A stretch of DNA of 33,000 bases, taken from NCBI GenBank assembly GCA_011109175.1, contig RDEW01000042.1, forward strand, positions 442,168-475,167, read 5' to 3'. Below the pieces are notes generated by a model, which was not told the origin of the DNA, ran no database searches, and saw nothing but the letters and a program-made list of their open reading frames with translations. The position numbers were made by a program, and so were the translations under genes. Positions 12,366 through 24,399 of the stretch are shown one piece after another. This DNA comes from Dicyema japonicum (taxonomy: Eukaryota; Animalia; Dicyemida). The number at the start of each line of letters is the position of its first letter. Position 1 is the stretch's first letter.

Positions 12366-12392
12366 GTATGAATTAAAAACATTAATAAATAG
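12366..12392 (+). other. 27-nt GT-AG intron in the transposase C-terminus
   Basis: GTATGAATTAAAAACATTAATAAATAG contains in-frame TGA and TAG; removal gives FNMGDK-VRAKKDF, the F.xGD.V motif of integrase C-termini. Confidence 0.75.
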
Positions 12393-12601
12393 GTTCGGGC
12401 TAAAAAGGACTTTGGAACAAATCCCTCATTGCGACTGGATAAGTTTGAGTCTCAGTATTATCCAGTTGCAGAAATAATTAATAGAAATAATTAAAAATTC
12501 GAAAGGAGAAATATCGACTGTATTAATGAGTAGACCAAAAAATTACTTAAATTTAATTTTTTGTGGTTAAAATTAATTGAAGTTAATCTTGGTTCAAGGT
12601 T

Positions 12602-12644
12602 AATGTAACAGGCAGCCCATAGGTATCGCTTGGCTCATGTGACA
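12602..12644 (-). repeat. Right TIR of the Ginger-like element
   Basis: Ends ...ATGTGACA followed by the GCATA TSD; 34/43 identity to the left TIR. Confidence 0.88.
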
Positions 12645-13559
12645 GCATATCACATATGTGTTCTAAGAGAGACCAGTGGTATCGCAGACTGGTGAGAACA
12701 TCTGTCTTGAGTGAATCTTTCTGAGGGTTGAATATAAATTAAAAGCGAATTTTTTCTCTTGTGTTTTTGGATGAGATAGTTAATTTGCTTATTAATTTCA
12801 GACAAAGATTCAATTCGGCAGAACAAATCGATTTGATTCACCGGCATATTAAAAAAAATCAATCTTAATGGGAGTGAAGGGCATTATTAACTGCGAGACC
12901 ATGTGAATAATTTCATGTATTTATCATTTATTTGTCTCACTCGGAATAGCAGTCTCATATGAGCTTAACAAATCTCTGATAGTCCTGGATTTGAATCTCG
13001 ATGCTGTATACTCCGTTTCAAAATTATATAATGTCTTGGTTTAGCAAGTGACAATGTCATCAGTGAATGTTTCACTACGGAACTTCTAGTTCTTACAAAA
13101 AGGAAAAAATGAAGTTAGAACATTTCTTGTTCCCTCCTCTCTTTCAACGATTTGTTAGCATAATTGTTCTTTGCTCTAAAAGTATGTGTCTTTCTATGCT
13201 GAGCTATAAATATTATGTCTCTGGTGAAAAGGCTTTATAATATGTCACGGTCCATTGGTGGCCTTGATCGATTTTTCCAAACTTAAAAATATCAAATAAT
13301 TTTATTTTTGTCTATAAATAATAAATATAACTTTTTATACAATCTTCATCTGCTTTTAATAAAAATTTTGATTTTTAATAAAAAAATTTTTAATTTATAA
13401 AACTACGATCATCTCACTGTTTATTTAACTTCATTTGTCTGTTTATTATGCCTCATTTGTCTGTTTATTAGTTAGTTTTGGTTTTGCCGTGGTCTTGGGT
13501 GTTAAATAAATAAAATAAATAAATTATGCCAAGTCGTTTGAAATTTTCTATTTTTGTCT

Positions 13560-14160
13560 TTTCCTCATCTTTATTCAACTGTGATGTTATCCACCTGTCT
13601 CAGGTGGCATCCAGTGCCAAGATGGTACGAAAAAGGGTCATTTGCTGTCCACCACTCAACTGAGGGGTTCCCACAACTGCAAGAATGGACGTCTTTACCT
13701 TTTCTGCTAGTTCCTGATGGACTTGTATGACGTTGAAAGACTGTTTCTGTAACAGTGAACCTGTTGTTACTGTCAACTTCTTTCTCGGTGTATCCGGGGT
13801 TAATAAATAAAGTCTGTGGTGCTACGTCTATCATGTGAGGACCATTTGACTGATAATTTAAAGTTTTATCGGAAGTACATAAAAGATTAACTCTCAGGGG
13901 TCAAGTATATTGAAGAATATGTTTATTATCTTGGATGCAGATCACTGACCCTGCTGAACTGTATCGGATTGCCTATGACATAATGAAGAAGGATATTAGA
14001 GAGAAGACCAAAGGTAAAACCAAACCAACTCCTTGATCTTAAGCAATCCAGCAATTCAAGAACTTGTCTCCAGGTGGAAAGAATAGTTGGAACCTTTTGA
14101 TGCCGGCCAGGCATTGGGCATCTCCTTAGTAAGGTGGATACAATGACGCCATCAGAAGGA
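13560..14160 (-). pseudogene. Possible highly decayed integrase core and C-terminus
   Basis: Frameshifted PPY*....GIKRF and LPLVF..N..LH.AIRYS resemble PYHP..NG.VERF and LP.V..AYN..H.A.GYSP. Weak. Confidence 0.3.
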
Positions 14161-16152
14161 AGTAAAATAAATTTGTAACCAACTAACCACGTGGCGCCAC
14201 GAGAATAATGATCTTTTTTCGAAATTTATGTGCCATAATATTTACCATCAACCGTCACAGGAATGTCTAGTTGGATAAACTTGTCCCTTGTGGGCTTTTG
14301 CCTTTGCATCTCCAATTATGAAGAATTGCTTTTATTTTAAACAGGTTCGAATACCCACACCTTGTAGACGTCTTCCCAACTAAATAAGTGGAACCAGTAA
14401 CTCAGACTCAATAACAGCCAAACACGAGAATTCACCAGTCAGCCATTAAAGCAAGTAGATATTAGGCCCAGAGAAAAAGACGTGAGTATTTGGACATTTA
14501 GGAAGCACGTTTCTCTAAATCTGATAATGCGTTCGTATAACCAAACTACTTTATGACTCAGGGACGTGCGGAATGTCAAAAATAGATCTTAACGTGACTT
14601 ATCCTACTTTATCCTGCCTACTGCCTACTTAGTACAAGCAGAGTTTGAGTAAAATCGTTGATTTTGTTATCTTCGGGGCAAAAATTGGCCATTTATATCA
14701 GCTACAGCCAATTAATTGCTGTTTCACAGATTAAATAGCACCTTGAAGTGAATGATGAGAATTTGACTTGCTGTGTGATTACTTAGTAAAATTGTTAAAA
14801 AAAAGTGCTCTTTACTGGATTTTTCCTAAAAAAGGCTGAACTGTCCCAGAAAAAAGTTATTGGGACCAACGACATTATAATTCAGCTCCTGCAGAGTTCC
14901 AAAGTACAATAATGCCTCACTTATTATACGTGGCTCGTAAAACGACAGTTGGGAGATTCGAAGTGAATTCTCACTAATTTCCCCAAATATTTTGACCTTC
15001 AATCTATTTACGACACGTGCTCTGTGATTCTGTCTTTATTTGACTACAACTTGAAAGACCGTAAAAATTTGTGATCCATTCGATAGTCATGTACTTTAAT
15101 TGAATATTTGAGAATGACCATTTGGATACTGGTATCCTTCTTACTCTGATCAAACGTATAAACTTAATTTTGTTGACCCAAGCACGACCATTCGCAGTTT
15201 AGTCGTTTGTTTGATCTCTAAGATTGCCAGACAGTACGAGGCTGCCTTTACTTATTCCATACTTCTCGGACGTTATGAAAGATGGCGTAATTCGGCTGAT
15301 ATTGAAATCCATTTGAAAACTATTTACTTTCAAGTAAGCTGAGACCTCATTGAGGATGATAAGTTGGAAAAGACCACAGAAGCAGTATTTTTTACTATTA
15401 TGCTGAGATTTCAGTCTGGAATTTTGGTTGAGGGAGAATAATTTGACTTCGTCAAGTGTATGCATCCAAAGTTCGAAGAGTCTGTATGAAAATGAGTTTG
15501 TATGATATTTCCCGCGTTTTAAATTGTGAAATGATATTTGTGGAATTCACGGATACAAAGATAACTTTACAGAATGCCAATATTATTAGTTTTATTAAAT
15601 CGACCAAATGTATACAATTTCCCACATTTAATTATGTGGAAAACTCGAGAAATTGAATCAACATATCCCATTGATATTGTCTGACTAAAAGGTCTGAGTT
15701 ACACCCTAAAATTTGCCAGAACAATCGAAATAATGAGAAGCATTGAGACATTGAGATAATTTTCTAAGCGTTCTTTCATCATACTCAAAAGTGAGACTTT
15801 CACGTAACTCATGTAATCACAGTTCTTTATGCGTCTATTTCCAGAATAATATACTGAATGTGAAAGAATCCACGTGGTTTTGTCTAGCTACAACTTCAAG
15901 TGTTTTATGTGCCAAAAGTCTGATGTTCTGAAAGGGACTTATGAGCCTTTGCAGAATATGATCTTTTCAAACTCTTATAAAGAACACTGGTTTGTAAGCC
16001 ACCTCACTTTGATACGAATTTTGTTGTTTTGAGTAAGCCGGGAGACTCCAGTAAGGAGTTGATCAATAGTCAGTAGATTCCAAAAGTGAAACAACGCAGG
16101 TAAATCAAGGGTTGAGTAATAAGCCACTACTTCATACATGTTATATATGATA

Positions 16153-16503
16153 TCTAGTCAAGCCTAGACGCAAAAACCATTATTTCACGAAAATATGGTC
16201 AGGGAAACCACTAAAGTGTTGTGTCAATAGCCAGTAGTGTCCAAACGTGGTGTCAAGTCGGTCCAAAAGCTTTGAGACATAAACAACTACTCCCCACGTG
16301 GATCCAAGAATTTCCAATCAAAAGTTGAGCCACAAGACGATAATTCCCACAGTTTATCCGGTGATTTCTAGTCAAGCCTTCAGCCAAAATCCACTACTTC
16401 ACAAAAATATGGTCAGGAGACCACTAATGCGTTGAGTCAAGTCGTGTCCAAACGTGTGGTCACGTGGTTCAAACATGTTTTGAACCATAAGCCACTACTT
16501 CGC
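16153..16503. repeat. Diverged tandem duplication, period 214 bp
   Basis: TCTAGTCAAGCCT...AAATATGGTCAGG...ACCACTAA...GTGTCCAAACGTG...CATAAxCxACTACT at 16153 and 16367; a partial AAGCCACTACTTC also occurs near 16121. Confidence 0.8.
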
Positions 16504-16847
16504 GAATGTATTGTCCGGAAGAGTGTTAACAGTTAATAATAAACACCAGAGGAAATTGTCTCATCTTCTTGGAAGTTCAAAAATCGCGGAAAATGAAGAG
16601 AAAGTTGATTACTGTCAGTATCTGAACTAACTTCTGGTAGGTAAACTGTTATGGAAAATCGAATGGCTCAAACCCGGAGTGTTTAGACTCGCTGAGGTTA
16701 TAACCATTTTCAGAAAGCTAAGTCACATCCAAAATCAACCAAATTGTCAGGAAATGCTTTCAAAAAACAGAAACTGCTGGTTTCTTAGCTGATGAGGAAA
16801 ATTAAATTGATCATAAATGATACCATAAACATGGGGATTTTTATCAC

Positions 16848-16919
16848 TTTTCTGTGAGTGAATCATCCACGGCTCGTTTATTCCCTTTCTCAGTGAGTGA
16901 ATCATCCACAGCTCGTTTA
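16848..16919. repeat. 39-bp-period direct repeat
   Basis: GTGAGTGAATCATCCACRGCTCGTTTA at 16854 and 16893. Confidence 0.9.
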
Positions 16920-17199
16920 AGTTGACATATTTACTTGATTTCTTACGTATTCTAGACATGTCAGAACTCTCCTGAGTCTCCTTTTTATCTGTATCAATCG
17001 ATATCTTCTTTTAAGTGACAGATCCGTCAGTTTGTTCGTCTTCTTTAGACACATATTTCTGTCACATCGAATATGAGAGCTATCAAAATCTCTAAAGTGC
17101 TGTACTCGTAGACTTGACGAGATTTATCAGATTGAGTCACAAAGGCTCCTGGATCTTCCGCCTCGAATTCAGAAAGGAGGGGACAAAGGAATTTATATT

Positions 17200-17990
17200 A
17201 ACATGTGGATGCTACTTCTCCTTATGTTCTTGGAAACCATTGCTTTAGTTAAATCCGACTAGATCTTCCGAAATTGTGTGAACAACCTGCCTTTATGAGT
17301 ATATGATAACGACCTTTATGAATTCGTAAAGGAATTAGCCTCTTCTACAACGAGCTTATGCCATTTCTACAAGGCAAATGGAGACTCCCTTTTCTATGGG
17401 TTCTAATTGGATCATAGGCGGAGGCTACTTCGCTTGTCGGACATTGTTTCAACATTTCTCACGTACCATTACATGCGAATAGTACGGAAGAAGCCCACAT
17501 AAATGTTTCAACTGCCAACGCTATGGGCATATATCCTGCTTCTGTAAGAATACAAGATGTCTCACTTGAGGAGAACACGATCTGTCTGCGTGTGAAAGAT
17601 TCCTGGGAACACAATTAATAGCATAAATTGTTGCTCGTCCTCACATTGTGCCAGGTATGATGGATGTCCATTTGCCAAAAAGTCTGATCATAGGAGAGTA
17701 AGGTAAAACGATGGACAGGTGATAATAGGCGATATTGGGAGAACGTAGACAGCAAAAACAGTTACGTCAAAGACGGCACTAAAAATTAGTCGAAAATCTA
17801 ATGAAGTTACACCCAATCTATCAGAGAAGGTATATACGGAAATATCAAAGATTATGTCACAGCTTAACTATCTGTCCGCGAATACACAGATGGATTTAAT
17901 AGAGATAGTAAGCTTGGTTTTGAAGAAGCAAGGTCACCAAATGTTGAAACAAGGATTAATTGCTAGTGAATGCTTGATCCTAAGGAAAAT
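17200..17990 (+). pseudogene. LINE ORF1 (gag-like) remnant with three zinc knuckles
   Basis: CE*YGRSPHKCFNCQRYGHISCFCKNTRCLT*GEHDLSAC...NCCSSSHCARYDGCPFAK (17504-17670): CX2CX4HX4C-type knuckles in the arrangement of Jockey/I/R1-type ORF1. Limits approximate. Confidence 0.8.
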
Positions 17991-18399
17991 GCATATTGAA
18001 CTAGCATTACTTTAGTTTTCTTGAGGTTTAACATATCACATTTAGATTGGGGTCACTATAGGGTATTCATGTATAATGATGGAAATAATAAACGGACCGT
18101 ATATGAAAGGCTGAGGGTGCGAAGATTTATGTAAAAAATCCCTATTTTTGGAAATACTATCGGAAGATAAGGTGTCCGAAGTCGGGGGAAGAAAAGATTA
18201 TATAAAATAAACCAGACGGTGGTATATGCATGACGAAGAAAACACCTGCGATATTCAGGGATCAGCTTAAAAGAATTTAGGATGTTGATCCGTGGAGTTT
18301 GACACCGGATCAAAAAAGTGTATACCAATACATTTAAATACACCGACGAGGAATATTCTTAAGAAATTTGGACGCTTGACTCTCTCAAAGACAATTGTG

Positions 18400-18570
18400 T
18401 TCATATAATTGAATTCCTTGAATATCTTGAGAAAGAACTAAGTTACAATTATATGGACAGGGATCAAAACTAAATAAATTAATTGGGATAATGCTCACGT
18501 CATTCATAAATCTAAGGAAACCTATCCGTTCTTTACAACCAATAATATTCGATTCATTTCTTCATCGTTT
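18400..18570 (+). pseudogene. Tc1/IS630-like transposase fragment
   Basis: IIEFLEYLEKEL...WDNAHVIHKSK...NNIRFIS resembles the second-Asp (DNA..H) region of DDE_3 transposases; frameshifted. Confidence 0.45.
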
Positions 18571-19651
18571 TTTTAAATAAAATTATTCTTTCCAAGTCAA
18601 GAGTAGAGATATGTGATTCATTTGGCCAACCAGGAAATTATTTAAATCATAATAAATTTGAATTAATTAACACCAATTTTTATTTCCGAAAAAGAACCGA
18701 TTAAGTTAGTAAAATGTTAGTAACTCCGCAAAAGCCCATTACATTGTACTTGTTCGCAATGGCACTGCAGTCTGAAATAACATTATTAATTACATGTTTT
18801 ACTTGTCTGCTTGCTGTTTGTCTAAATATATTACTTTCGAACATATACATGGTATTATTATTTTGAGAAACATGTATTGATTAGGTGGATTTGTGTACCT
18901 ATGATAAATATAATATCATACGCCTCTGCATCACCGAATGAATCCCTGCACACAATGACACTACATTATTATTAAAAATACTAATAAATGAAACACCACT
19001 AGTTCTAAATTCTTGAACAACCTCTATTCTCTGTGGAAAGTGACTACATTAATTAAAAAAATTTACATCTGGAAGTGATGTTAAATGTTCTGCAAAATCA
19101 ATTGCGATGTATATGAGGGAATTGCATCGTCGCAAACCTATTAATTTAATAATATATATAACAAGTAAAAATAGTAGATGGAAAAGTTTTTGATTATATT
19201 TTAAACTTTCTTCCCAACAGTAACTATATTAAGTAATATTTAATACAATTGCTTCACTTTCGATCGTATAATAGAAAAATTGAAACCATGTTCAAATGTG
19301 ATGTATTGAATTCGTAAATTGTTACTTTAGAATCAATTTGTAGGCCAGAAAATGTACAATTAATCAAATATCTTAATAATTAATATATAATACAGAGATC
19401 GCACATGATTTATTTCTTGACAATTTTTCTGTGTCAAAATGCCGAATGGAAGTAATAAGATGATAAAATTGAACATCTATAGGATTAAATACAAAATGAT
19501 GAATATACTAGTAACCACAAAAATTAAAATTATTACTTGATTAACAGTCGTCATAATTATTATTTAATTTTATTTAATAAAGTGATGGATTAAATAAATA
19601 AAATTAAAAAATAATTTAATTAAATTCACACAATTAACATGGTTTTCCGAT

Positions 19652-19787
19652 TTGTTTAATAATTTTACCATAAAATTTAATAAATTTGTCAAAAATGTCT
19701 AATAACTTTGCCACAATGTTTAATAGCTTTATCGAAATGTCTAGAAATTATGTCAAAAGTTTAATACCTTTTGAATTATGTTTAATT
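19652..19787. repeat. Degenerate 21-bp minisatellite (about 7 units)
   Basis: ATGTYTAATAxxTTTxxxxxx units start at about 19652, 19673, 19695, 19716, 19737, 19757 and 19778. Confidence 0.7.
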
Positions 19788-21569
19788 ACAGTTCAATTTA
19801 CGCGAAAATCAAATTTTAAGTGAATCTGAAGAGAGGCTATGCACATTGACACATCAGAAAGTGACTCACAATAACCAATCCTTTTGTTGACTATTTGGAA
19901 GCTGCTTTCGTAATCTGAGAGCTAAAAATTGTCCTACTTTTATCTAGGAATTAAGATATGCGGATGACCTAGATTTTGGTTTGAAGTATGATGATATCTA
20001 ATTCTTTTTCAGACAAGAGTACTGCAGGGTAAATGAAATTATTTTTTCAGAGAAGAGTACTGCAATGTAATTTAGTTGGTCTAATTTTGAAGGGTTAGAG
20101 GTAAAGTTAACACAAAGCAGTATGAAGAAGTTAGTCTGAGTATGATGGGAGAATCTTTTGCCTTCGTTAGAATCAAATAGATGATATTGTTCTAAGTAAC
20201 GAATGACCAACATTCGCTCTCTCGAATTGATTTTATGTGAAATATTAAAAAATCGAATAAGGTAATCAATTAATGAAAAATAATTTTTTGTGCGATTTTG
20301 GCTACATATTGATCTATCAGGACTGAAAGATTTTCAACCTCCGATGTTCTTTTACTTGAAAGTAAAAATAGGACATATTTCTTTGACGTATAATTAGGTC
20401 AACCGTTAAAATAATTTTAAATATACATTTGATGACTATAGATGCTATTAGTATCCTTAATATTATTCGCAACCAAATGTGGATGCCATTGGTTTATTCT
20501 GACTTACCACTTCTCTTATTTCTGGATCTGTGGACGATTAGGAAAACATTTTCTTAATGATCTAAATGACCGAATTAATCTGAAATCACATTAAGATATG
20601 TTTTTGAAAAATAGAGAGTTCCTTGGACCAATATGATACTGGAGGTCTGATTCAAGACTACTAGAAATTAATCAACAAATGCTTGGTTGAATGTTTATCA
20701 ATGTGGTAAAATTGGCAACGTTCTGACGACGAGTCAGTGAGAATAGCTACCTTGCACCATTTTGACCTTAATTTTGTGTTAATGAAAATGCATTTCTGGA
20801 CGCTGAATCGATTATCATCCTTTAAGCTAATTTATAGCTGGTCCCGACATGAGGTAACAACTTAACATTAAAAATGCACTTTTTCTGCTGGCTTCCACTA
20901 GTTTTTTCTTTGCGATGGCAACGCCTTTAAAGGATAACGATATTACTATTCGCTAATGGTCGAAACTTTGCTTGGGGCGTTACACATGTTAAAATATACT
21001 CTCCAACAAATTTGGCTGATATCCAGTTTATGACACCGAGGATCATAAAAATCGCTTAGGATTTCGTGGGACTGATTGTTTCGAGTTCTTATCTTGTAAG
21101 GTATAATATCTAGCCATTAAAGTCGCTCAATATAATAATTAATTTATTAATCGAAAATATGATTACACTAAAATGCCGACAATTAAATATTCATGAAACC
21201 ATACTGCAGGAAGAATCTTTCATCTCGTAAACTTGATGCTTTCGGTTAATCTATACGTACTTGATAAAATATGATATTGGCGTATTTTATGGACAGCTTC
21301 TTTAGCTGAATTTTATTGAAGATTGCTGTCAACTTGTGATCGGAAACATTCAGGCTATTTGTATTTTTCACAGTTGTGAGTTTTGGTTAAACGCGACTGT
21401 TGGGGAAAACATGCTAAAGATAATTTTTGAGCTGTGTATCTATCGTTTTCGAAAATGAAGACGGAGTCTACTTTTTTGATTTACATAATTCCTTTAATTT
21501 GTTCAGAAATAATAATTTTTTGTATCAGGTATAGGTATCCAACTCAGATCGTTAAAACATAAATTCAGT

Positions 21570-22880
21570 AGTGACTCGACTCTTTGCCTTAGCGTCTGAT
21601 ACAGGCTCAGTAGAAAATCTCAATGTGCGATTCACGGAGAAACTCCGCAGAGCGTATTGCAATTTCGGTAAACATAAGCTTCTAATAAATATTTTATGTC
21701 ACAGTTTACGCAAGCAAACGTGCCATCCAATCATTGTTCCCACTGCCGAACGGAAGTGCCTTCACTAATCCTTGCAGAGGAAGCCGATTGCGTGAAACAT
21801 TGAGAGGCCGAGTGGATGTCCATCTTCCTCGTAAATAAGGACAAATCCGGAACCACATATACGAGTTGTAGATTCCATCTGCAAGGGAGGTAATTATGTT
21901 TAACACTTTGGACCCAGCATTCGTATTGTTTTTCTTTGCAGTGTGTTTAGTTTGTGGATAGTGGCCTCTGATAACGCTATCTCCTCGCAACAGAAGCATA
22001 TTCAATGGCCGGTGCGATTATTATTATAAGCAACATGCTTACAATCGTAATAGTTATAATTTCACTCGTGCATCAATCTTCCGAATCAACTTTTTCCAAC
22101 TATTTGATCGTGAGACAATAGTTTTTTCAATTCGTCTAAATCGTCTCCACTTCTTAGACTTATTTCACAAGCATTACATCTACATAAAGTGTTTTTGGGA
22201 GTGTAACATACCGGCAACACGGAAACACGGTTCCTGTGCGATTGTATGAAGATATATAATTCCGATTGTTTTATTTATATTTACTGGGGTCTTCTGTGTA
22301 AGAACCCGTGTGATATTTATTTTCTGCACTTCTTTTGAAGACTTGTTTGGCATGATAGGTAAAATTAAGCTACTTTTTGTAAGTCCATGATCGAGAATTT
22401 TCTTTTGACAGATATCCAAGTATGTAGGTGACGATTGCTATTCCTTCTTCGGACCGACGGTCTGAGGTGAATTGAGTGCATGTTAATTTTGGAGCCGATA
22501 CGGAGAGATTGTTTTCTATTAACCTATCATGGACACAATCGACTTTTTTCTGTGTGAGTGAGATCGCTTCTGATGTCGAACTGCTTCTGATGTCAAACTG
22601 TTTCTTGTTGCAATGCTAGTATCATCATAAGAAAACAGTAGGAAGTCCTTGTCAATGTCTGCTTACAAATCGTGGAGGAAAAAGGTTGAATAGATTAGGG
22701 GACAAAGGAAAACAAAAAAATTCCACCACCAGTTTTCGTATGTATGGTATTCCATTGGGGGGGGGACATCCACACCATATCTGAACTCCATCGATTAGAC
22801 TACTGTCACTACTTGGCAGGACGTTCCAATCCAAGTTGTTTATCTATAAAACTAAATGAATTCACATTACGATAAGATAT
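21570..22880 (-). mobile_element. Decayed non-LTR RT remnant related to 6760-7694
   Basis: NGIP...PLSPNLFNLF, LLFSYDDTSIATRN (Ala of YADD lost), HDRLIENNLSVSAPKLTCTQFTSDRRS, IAPAIEYASVA. The segment ~22180-22420 may be an unrelated insertion; the 3' limit is approximate. Confidence 0.72.
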
Positions 22881-24399
22881 ACCTGCATTGAGTATCTGAT
22901 AGGAAAACCAATTGCCAATACAAATAATGGTTGGCTGACGATCTACCAATTTATGACTTTCTGGTAAATGGAACTTTCAAGATCTAATCCAGTCCTCGTA
23001 AACGCCTTAGCCCAGTTTAGTTATCTTTTTACTTTTTGTATAGGTTATAATCAAAGAACCAAAAATATTGGACAAATGTTTCCTTCGTTCCTTCACAGTC
23101 ATGCTCGTTCAAAAAATCCCCAAATTTATGCGAAGATGCAGAGAAACTTTCTAATATCACGCATAAATCAATCCAGAACGAACGGAAAAGGAAGAACAAA
23201 TATAGTTCTATCAGTTGTAGTAACCTCTTTAATGTAGTGGTGGAGACATTGTGGCACTGTAGGTTTCCTGAGACAAATAGATCACGTGACTCCACTCTAA
23301 TAGAACGAGAGATGATAAGAAACAAAGAAAATAAACCTTCTACTTAGCCAATGGAAGTAATCGAATCAATAATAATTCCATCTTGAGGGGAACAAGGAAT
23401 TATTAGTTGTCTAGGAAATCCATATTTACACTTCAATCGATAACACCCACGTGTAATGCTTATAACATTTATGATCCCCCACTCATTGATAGAGAACCGG
23501 AATGATCTTCATATGGCTCCATTGAGCAACCTCAACTAAAATATCATACTTAGCAGATTCTCACATTCCTAAAAACCAGGAATCTTACCTGATTGTGTCT
23601 ACGCTTGCCATACAAGCTTTCAGAGAGAACAAATTCTGGAGCGTAGATATTCTGAGAACAAGCTGAATTGTCAATCGTCGACGCAGAGTGTGAACCTCAA
23701 AATGGAACAAGCATATTCAATGTTTTATATGCGGTCTTATGGTGCCATGGGCTTTTCCCAGAAATTACCTTAAGGATATTCAACCTCTAGTCCTTTCGTT
23801 AGGAGTTGGTCTGAGTGCCTTGTAATGTTTATCAGCTGTAGTACGTCATCCATATGATATTAGGATTCTTTAAAGTGGCTATAAGCATATACCCAACGAG
23901 GAGCTAGAAAGCAAACAATCCGATGTGAATAGTGAAGTTGTAGGTGTGTCTACATTACTGCAATTGCCAAGGAGAGGTATTCGTTCCTAGAGGCGATGAT
24001 AAAATCGATGTATAGAACAGGAATAGCGTGTCGGTATTATTAAGCTGAGAAAACGTAATAAAGAAATAAATTAAACAAAATCAGTGAATTTAGGGAGCTC
24101 TGTAGGACTTTATTTGATAGCAGTCAGGATATTTACCTGCTCTTATCCACGAATACTCTTCCATGGCCTCTTGATAGGAGGTTTTCTAACACAGTTTGAG
24201 ATTATGCTAAATATTGGTATCAAACATTTTGTTCGGTACTTCTCCGAGACAGAGTAAAAAGCTTTTTGAATATTAATCGAAATCATTGTCGTGGTTCAAA
24301 TTGGGTTAGAGAAGGTGTCGCCTCAACAGGATCGAGAGGTTTTTCCTGTCTTCCTCCAGAGTACCACGGCTTTCCTGAATAGACGACAATCATCTTTCA

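Larger units (their letters stand above)
11225..12494 (+). pseudogene. Intron-split integrase-like DDE transposase, with frameshifts and one premature stop
   Basis: Hand-spliced: MEDYFVAM...FSIINDR|LY..KSTDSKL...LHEFSHGGVNK...IRNCEVHKFSRPLK|IGDINHHVFAASPNERFQVDLIDL..NENFKWILTVIDIYSR|FAFVRPL...FLQSDNVSEF...GIVERFNQT...KWLDKLESAVYSYN...FNMGDK|VRAKKDFGTNP. Exactly 35 residues lie between D of SDN and E of VER. Frameshifts near 11391, 11691-11698 and 12045-12050; in-frame TAA near 12128. Confidence 0.85.
11021..12644 (+). mobile_element. Complete Ginger/Tdd-like (gypsy-integrase-related) DNA transposon with TIRs and 5-bp TSD
   Basis: Left end TGTCACATGGGCGGCGCGTAACGCATGGGCAGCCTGTTACATT (11021-11063) matches the reverse complement of 12602-12644 at 34/43 positions. 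Both ends are flanked by GCATA (11016-11020, 12645-12649). The interior encodes an HHCC-like plus D,D35E integrase. No RT, RNase H or LTR inside. Confidence 0.88.

Noticed and set aside
11021-12644. LTR retrotransposon (gypsy) integrase fragment
   Set aside because: The termini are inverted, not direct; there is no RT, RNase H, PBS or PPT; and spliceosomal introns in the ORF are incompatible with an RNA-intermediate cycle.
22180-22420. piggyBac cysteine-rich tail (EPCFR...H)
   Set aside because: Only one short motif matches; no TTAA ends or DDD core nearby.
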